Assembly: GCA_964016885.1 (NCBI GenBank)
Contig: OZ024740.1
Span: 240,312,001-240,376,000 of the forward strand
Reading direction: 5' to 3'
Length of the DNA stretch: 64,000 nucleotides
DNA from: Eledone cirrhosa
Taxonomy: Eukaryota
Shown here in pieces: positions 56,621 through 64,000 of this stretch (position 1 is the stretch's first letter; the number at the start of each line of letters is the position of its first letter). Made by a program: the position numbers and the translations under genes. The notes under the pieces are model-generated. The model did not search any database and was not told the origin of the DNA. It saw nothing but the letters and a program-made list of their open reading frames with translations.

Positions 56621-58167
56621 GTGTGTAGTTAATGTGTTCTTCGCAACCACGTGATGTAGGATTCAGTTCCTATGCATTGGCACCTTGAGCAAGTATCCTC
56701 GGCTATAGCCTCAAGTTGACTAGTACTTTGTGAAGGAAATTTGGTAGACGTAATCTGTGGGGAAGTCCAATGTGTGTAAATGTGTGCGTGCGTGTGTGTG
56801 TCAATTTACATTTACTGTTTCCTTATAGGCCGTCACCAAATAGTTCGACAAAATAAGTACCAGACTTCAAAAAAGTACTGGGATCGATATGCTTGACAAA
56901 ATCCCTTCAAGGCCGTGCCCCAATATGGCTGCAGTCTAATAACTGAAGCCAGTAAAAGAATAAAAGACAAAATAGAATATATCCTAACAGTTTTCGTTTG
57001 ACAAATTTCACTCACTAGAGATTGGCCAACTCTAGGCTATGGTAGAAGACACTTAACCAAAGTTATTCGCAGTGGATCGAACCGAGAACTACACAGTTGG
57101 GAAGCAAACTGCTTAAAGAAAGGGTTTTGTCTATTATATAGTGTATTTATGTTGCGTTTTTTGCTAGAGGCGGGACAAACTCAGAAGTAGCATAAACTTT
57201 AGCAACTTCACTATACGAGACACAGGAGTTGTGTTTTGTAACATTATAATAAGGTTGTGAATAGACGAAGAATCTAATCTTAGTTTTAATGTCTCTCCGT
57301 TTATTATTTGGTAATAATTTATATTTTGGTAATAATTCAAAGCATAAAAATACTTAATGCCAGTATACGTTGTAAACATATAGCTTCTAATCATGCCAGA
57401 ATTTGTAGCAATAACAAATGTCTAAAAAAAATGTTTTTGTTTGATGATATTAAGGTAAAACAAGATTAAATAGATGAATGGAAACTGTAAGCACGCACAC
57501 ATATATAACCACATACACACTTACAGGCATTTAGACATTAAGGAGGGAAATAGAATACATGGTTAAAAAAAAAAAAAAATAGTGAGGTCTCGGTGAGTAT
57601 GTTAGTCTAAACGACACTGATTGCTTTTTGCCTTCGGTGCTTTCTCTTTTAATTAGACCAACATAGTCTATCGCTGAGATTGAATGCAGGAGGAACAGTC
57701 ATAAACATGCGTAATGGAACAATCTGTAAGCAAGCAACACTTTCTTGTAGAAGAGAGAGGGGGAGGGGGAGATTCAGGGAAAAAAGAGAGAACAAAAACA
57801 ATGATACATTTACACCAAGTGTACTGTTATATATTAGTCGCCCTTCAAATATACTCAAGGGTGACTTTCGTCGATGTTTTCATACGTTTTCACCGTATTT
57901 CTGCTGAGGTTTATCTACTAACAGTCATCCAGTATTACGTTCATATCATACCATTCCATTCTTTCATAATTCTTTTACCAGATTGATAGAAGATTAGATT
58001 AGATTTTTTTCTCATAGAGCCAGTGTCAATTTAAACTGAGTAGTGAAAGACGTGTCTTTGATGGATTCGAAACAAAAACTTCGCAGTTGTATTTCATAGA
58101 TTCTAATGGAAAATATAATCATATTTTTGTATGCAATATATATATATACGGCACCACAAATATATAC

Positions 58168-58249
<82 letters not shown>

Positions 58250-58250
58250 A

Positions 58251-58284
<34 letters not shown>

Positions 58285-58305
58285 GGGAGAGAGAGAGAGA
58301 GGGGG

Positions 58306-58362
<57 letters not shown>

Positions 58363-58382
58363 GCTTGTGTAGTTAGGGGAAG

Positions 58383-58420
<38 letters not shown>

Positions 58421-59186
58421 GAAACCACAATTTAACACAAAGTACTCAATAGAAAAAATTGAATGGATAGGTGTATGTGTTTACAGCTTAGAGGGAGAAA
58501 GCTTTTCTTGATCCTGGAAGGAAGGTAAAGTTGACCTCGGCAGGATTTGAACTTAGATTGACACTATCCAAAGCCCTGATAACTCTATCAATTCGCCGTC
58601 TCTCTCAGTGTAGCCCTTAATAAAAAGACGAGATGGTCGTGGCAGGAATGTTTTGGCATTAAAGTTAATTTCCCTCTAAGATTTCCCTATTTTATTTTTT
58701 ATCGACACCAGAAAATGTCAATATATTATACTGCTTACATATTCCAAATTACATAATGGCAAAATTGCCAAACTATTAGATTACAGCCAGCTGTCTTATA
58801 TTGAGTTCCACGTCAGAGTGGTGAAATGCTTATGTATGTGAAGGTGAATGTTTCATTTGGAATTGATCCCAGAAACTTAACTGGCTTACGTTACATGCTG
58901 TTTTATCTAGTTATCTACTATAACTTCCTTTGTATACGATAGGTGATGACTGATAAGTGATAAGTTGTTGTAGTTGAACGGACATATGATCAAAGGTGTT
59001 GCAGTCGTGACTATCTTGTCTTGTTTTTATATCAGGGGCATTATCCAATTTACGTTTTATATTTTTGATTTTAGATTTTATGATTTTATTTTTCATTTAA
59101 GAATATGATTTCAAAGAGATTCAGCTACGATTTTTATCAGGTCGAGTGACCTTGTTGCTATTTTTTTTTATTGTTGTTGTATTATA

Positions 59187-59370
59187 GGGCGGTGGATTGA
59201 CAGTATTGGTAGAGAGTCGGGCGCCATGCTTTGCAGCATAGGGTTACGCCCCTTTACAGTCTGAGTTCAAATCCCGTCGAGGTTAACTTTGCCTTTCATC
59301 CTTACGGGGTCGATAAAATAAAGTACCAGTAACGTACTGAGGTTGATTTAATCGACTTTCCCCTCCCCCC
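59187..59370 (+). mobile_element. Meta-core SINE
   Basis: Head, B box, core. Confidence 0.85.
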
Positions 59371-59680
59371 TCCATCGATCAGAACTATGATCAAATGCTT
59401 TCCAGCTATGACAACCCATCACTCTTTCGTCAGCTGATAACAGCTGTACATCCCACTCAGATTCGCAGTGTTTATCAAACCTCTGACCTACCACATTGCA
59501 GCAGTAACTTCTCCATTCTATACATCTTAACTTTTATCATGTTCGTGTCTGATTTCATTTTCAATTCTACTTGAATGGTATATATTTATAAAGGGTGTCC
59601 CTAAAAATGTATACACATTTGATTAGAATCCTGTTGAAATGTGTATACATTTATATATATATATATATAGGGTGTCCCAC

Positions 59681-59731
<51 letters not shown>

Positions 59732-59733
<2 letters not shown>

Positions 59734-60308
59734 TTATACTTTGGGAGGGTCATGTTGCCAATAAGAAACACACGCACCAGTTGCTTTCACTTCAATTTAA
59801 TTTAATATATATTTATAAATTTACAAATTTATAAATTTCTGGTTGGTTGGTTGGTTCCACAACCAGATAGTTGTTTATATATATATAGTCATAGTTCTTT
59901 CGTCACACACTCTGTGACCTCTTCAGTGACTGGGGATTTCTTTCTTCGTTTCTGTGCCTTTCCTTTCTTCTATCCTACGCCATTTTGCAACAAAATGGCG
60001 TAGGATAGAAGAAAGGAAAGGCACAGAAACGAAGAAAGAAATCCCCAGTCACTGAAGAGGTCACAGAGTGTGTGACGAAAGAACTATGACTATATATATA
60101 TAAACAACTATCTGGTTGTGGAACCAACCAACCAACCAGAAATTTATAAATTTGTAAATTTATAAATATATATTAAATTAAATTGAAGTGAAAGCAACTG
60201 GTGCGTGTGTTTCTTATTGGCAACATGACCCTCCCAAAGTATAACAATATCGGTTTCAACACACGATTTCAGATAAAGAATCTTGCTAAACAAATTCAGA
60301 AACGAAAT
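59732..60308. mobile_element. Family B: ~255-bp perfect palindromic arms plus ~60-bp tail
   Basis: Arms 59732-59987 / 59991-60246; tail to aaacgaaata at TA. Confidence 0.92.
60047..60091 (+). ncRNA. Minimal type I hammerhead ribozyme, complete core
   Basis: agtca-CTGAAGA-G-GTCACA gagtg TGTGAC-GAAA-GAAC-TA-tgact; inverted copy 59887-59931. Confidence 0.85.
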
Positions 60309-60661
60309 ATATATAAACTATAATAAAGGAAGGTCTGCGGGATTGCGTACGATTTATTTATTTTTTATCCCGTTTGTAAAATAAGTTGGATTACTTTGAA
60401 TAAATAATGAATGAATATTACATAATTTATCTACTAAATTTTGTGGCTGTTCATTAAATATTTTTTATTTATTTAAAGATTCACCTCTTTAAAATTTCTT
60501 AAATAAACATACTAATTTTCCGTCACTAATTTTCTCCTAATGCAGACGGAAGAATCTTCTACCTACTCTCAGTTGAGTTATGTCACAAAAACAAGGAAAA
60601 AGATCAACCTCGTGAGTCTCAGGGGCTCCACGCAGACTTTAGATTTTTGGACCAGACAAGT

Positions 60662-61005
60662 CTATAAATAAAGTACCAACCAGATTTATATATAAAGTAC
60701 CTGCCAGGTTTATATATAAAGTACCAGTCAGGTTTCTATATAAAGTACCAGTCTGGTTTATATATAAAGTACCAGTCAGGTTTATATATAAAGTATCAAC
60801 CAGATTTATATATAAAGTACCAGTCTGGTTTATATATAAAGTACCAGTCAGGTTTATATATAAAGTACTAACCAGGTTTATATATAAAGTACCAACCAGA
60901 TTTATATATAAAGTACCTGTCAGGTTTATATATAAAGTATCAACCAGATTTATATATAAAGTACCAACCAGGTTTATATATAAAGTACCAGTCTGGTTTA
61001 TATAT
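60662..61005. repeat. 24-bp minisatellite, ~14 units
   Basis: tataaagtaccagtcaggtttata variants. Confidence 0.93.
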
Positions 61006-61270
61006 AATATCGTCTTTTTTAATGTATCATGGATTACGTTACTGATTACATAAGACAGGGTAACGTAGTCTTCGTTCAATTTCTATGTATTATATATTGT
61101 CAATTACGATTTTATTTTATGTATCATATCTACATGTATATATACCTGCGTATAATATCAATATACATACTACACATCGTACCAGAAAACCACCCGGAGG
61201 GTGGTTTTTCTGGTAGTATATATAATATATATATATATATATATGTGTATGTATGAAATACACACACATA

Positions 61271-61372
61271 TAATTGTTTCTACTTTAGACACAAGGCCAG
61301 CAATTACCCAGTGCATTACTGGTACTTTATTTTATCGACCCCATAAGGATGAAAGGCAAAGTCAACCTCGGT
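61271..61372 (-). mobile_element. 5'-truncated Meta-core SINE with flanking duplication
   Basis: aaatacacacacatataat on both sides; internally deleted copy at 62341-62432. Confidence 0.82.
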
Positions 61373-61429
61373 AAATACACACACATATAATGAAATACAC
61401 ACACATATAAAGATGTGTGTGTGTGTGTA

Positions 61430-61497
<68 letters not shown>

Positions 61498-61503
<6 letters not shown>

Positions 61504-62194
61504 GCGGAGCAAGCGGTTATCAAACAATTCTCTAAATAAATTAAAAAACGATTTAAATAATCACCTGTTCTATTGCTGTTACCGACGGTTTCATCATTCC
61601 AAAAGATTGGAAATCCAGAGAATTTCCAATGAAAAGAAATGAATATCTCGAATTAGTACCATTGAACCACAAATATTATAAACACCTTGCATATTTCGAC
61701 AAGTACATAGTGCCTGTTGAAGTATTCATCCACTTTTATAATTTTTCTCCTAGAACAAAACGTTGAATAATGCTACTAATTTTAGTGGCAATATCAACAT
61801 GTTTATAATAAACAGCTATTATCTGCGACCTGATTTTGCGTGTGTGTCATTTTAACGGCTTGACCGCATGCGTTGGGCAGGAAGCGAAACATTTATTTAC
61901 TGTAGGGCTGGCAACCTTATAGTGTGGAAATAAGCTGTCTGAAGATTCATTTCTTTCCATTGGAAATTCTCTGGATTTCCAATCTTTTGGAATGATGAAA
62001 CCGTCGGTAACAGCAATAGAACAGGTGATTATTTAAATCGTTTTTTAATTTATTTAGAGAATTGTTTGATAACCGCTTGCTCCGCTATTTTTTATATTGT
62101 TCTGGTATCTCGAATTAGTACCATTGAACCACAAATATTATAAACACCTTGCATTTTTCTACAAGTACATAGTGCCTGTTGAAGTATTCATCCA

Positions 62195-62200
<6 letters not shown>
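61498..62200. mobile_element. Retrozyme-like HHR element: inverted arm plus ~1.2 monomers (462-nt period)
   Basis: 61498-61644 inverted versus 61945-62091; direct repeat 61645-61740 / 62107-62200; TA on both sides. Confidence 0.85.
61934..62014 (+). ncRNA. Type I hammerhead ribozyme, complete core
   Basis: gctgt-CTGAAGA-T-tcattt...gaatga-T-GAAA-CC gtc GG-TA-acagc; GUA site. Confidence 0.87.
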
Positions 62201-62255
<55 letters not shown>

Positions 62256-62596
62256 TAGTAAAAAGGAAAAGAAAATGCTGACAGATTTTTTCCAGTGAAA
62301 AACAGTTTAATTAGGAATAAGTATAAATTAGTAATAAGTAATTGTTTCTACGTTAGGCACAAGGCTAGCAATTACCCAGTGTATTACTGGTACTTTATCC
62401 GACACTCTACCAATACTGCCAATCCACCGCCTTAGTAATAAGTAATGGTTAGTATTCAGTGTTAGTTTTAAGTTTATTACCGGTTGCGCATTTCAAATGC
62501 TTTTCAAAAATAATTTTGAGATAGAGCGTTCGTGATTTGGTTGGTTGTTGAATGTCACGTGAATAAGCACTATAATTTTGATACATATATATATAC

Positions 62597-62627
<31 letters not shown>

Positions 62628-64000
62628 ACAGTTAATTCTTAGTGTACTATACAGCATCGGAGGATAATTTTTAAACGTAATAATAAACATACAATTTTAG
62701 TGTCATTGTAAAAAATAAACAAAGTGATCACACCATAGGTTTTATTACACCGGAAGTAGAAATGAGAGGCTGATCTACCGTCTTCTCTTCTTAGAACTTC
62801 ATCAGAGATTTGTAACCTATAGCTATTCGTAGTGTGTGTAAATCCAGGCAGTTAATTATTCTTATTGTATAATAACCGATAGTTAATCATGGTGTAATTA
62901 AACTGGCCAATTTTCTTTATAATAGTGTGTTACGCTGTAAACGTGAATTAATTAATTTGTTCATAGTACACTACGCAACGTTTTGGGTGAAGTTGAAATG
63001 TAATGTAAAGTATAACGTTGGACTATAGTCCATATATTTTTTCCATTTTTCTATCTTTCTCCATTATATTTGTTCTCCTTTCGCTAAGTTACCACGCACC
63101 ATTTGTGTTTCTTTCTCTTCCTTTTCAGTTGATAAACTTTAGTTTGTAGCATTGTTTTTTTTTTGGGGGGGGGGGTCGACTTTATTTGTGTCATTCGGCG
63201 AAAGTTACAACTTGTCCTGTCTCTACTTGTTTTGTATGAATGAATAGTGATTTTCAGAAATTGACTATCCGTTTTTCCGTTCTTCTATCCTGTGTCCCCT
63301 CCCCCGTTTTGGATATATAGAGAGGGGGAGAGAGATGGAGAGAGAGAGATTAATTAAAAGCCAAACAATGTTTATGATGAGAACATGGTTTTATTAAAAT
63401 ATTGTTTTAAAAGTCTTTTCACAGAGTAGTAAACTTCAAAAGGTCTAGATGCTGATTTAATGAAATGGACTACTCTGTGAAAGGAGTCTTTGAATAAATA
63501 TTATGTTTTCATTGATTGGCTTCGAAATCTCTAGAGTTACAATTATCACAGTGCTTCAAAAATTAAGTCACATATACAAATGTCACGGGAGCTGGATGGT
63601 CTACTTCCTGATCTAATTTCTGCTTCTCGCTTTTGATGACTTATTTATAAAAGAAAATGCGTTTCTAATACTCAAAATTCATTAAACTTTTAGAATAATC
63701 TGTTCAAACAGAGCCTGCGATAAACTGGCGGCAACATGCTCAAGCTAATTTCTAATGGCAGTGTTCTGGTGCTGGTGCTAGCTATTTATGTACAGGTTTG
63801 ACTTCAGTCCTTCGCCGAGTTACATCATTACAATTTCTCCGAACTAATAAACAATCTTTTATGCTGATTTAAGGAAACTAATTTTTCTGCGAAAAATGTC
63901 TTTCAAGACTGGAAATTTTAAATAAAGCCATTTTGATTGGCTTTTACATCATTTTCAAATTTAAAATTATTACCAAGAATTGCCTCAAAATCAAATCATA

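Noticed and set aside
60639-61079. 146-aa ORF with LYINLTGT repeats
   Set aside because: Translation of the 24-bp minisatellite
61179-61215. Hairpin accagaaaaccaccc-gga-gggtggtttttctggt
   Set aside because: Single copy with no associated motif; a terminator is meaningless here; probably a fold-back remnant

Overview
AT-rich, microsatellite-saturated animal genomic DNA. The repeat landscape suggests a cephalopod (Octopus-like) intergenic or intronic region; this is inference. No intact host gene can be supported, and almost all ORF-track entries are microsatellite artefacts. Real content: (1) about 30 copies of a tRNA-derived SINE with a Meta/MESC-like core, often in head-to-tail arrays, plus a second tRNA-derived SINE; (2) decayed non-LTR retrotransposons (CRE-like RT, two RTE-clade LINEs, an R4/Dong-like element in a (TACA)n tract); (3) a Helentron/DINE-like element and small MITEs; (4) five Penelope-like (PLE) GIY-YIG or RT fragments. 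The most striking signal is a dense set of short non-coding elements inserted in (TA)n tracts that carry type I hammerhead ribozyme (HHR) motifs. At least a dozen sequence-unrelated HHRs are readable by eye, several with complete cores. The elements share an outward-facing two-arm architecture with two fixed 3' end points, as expected from twin-primed reverse transcription. Two of them exceed one monomer (303 and 462 nt periods), as expected for retrozyme-like circular or multimeric RNA templates. One carries a compensatory U3-A8 core in both copies. All folding was done by eye; no activity or database match is claimed.
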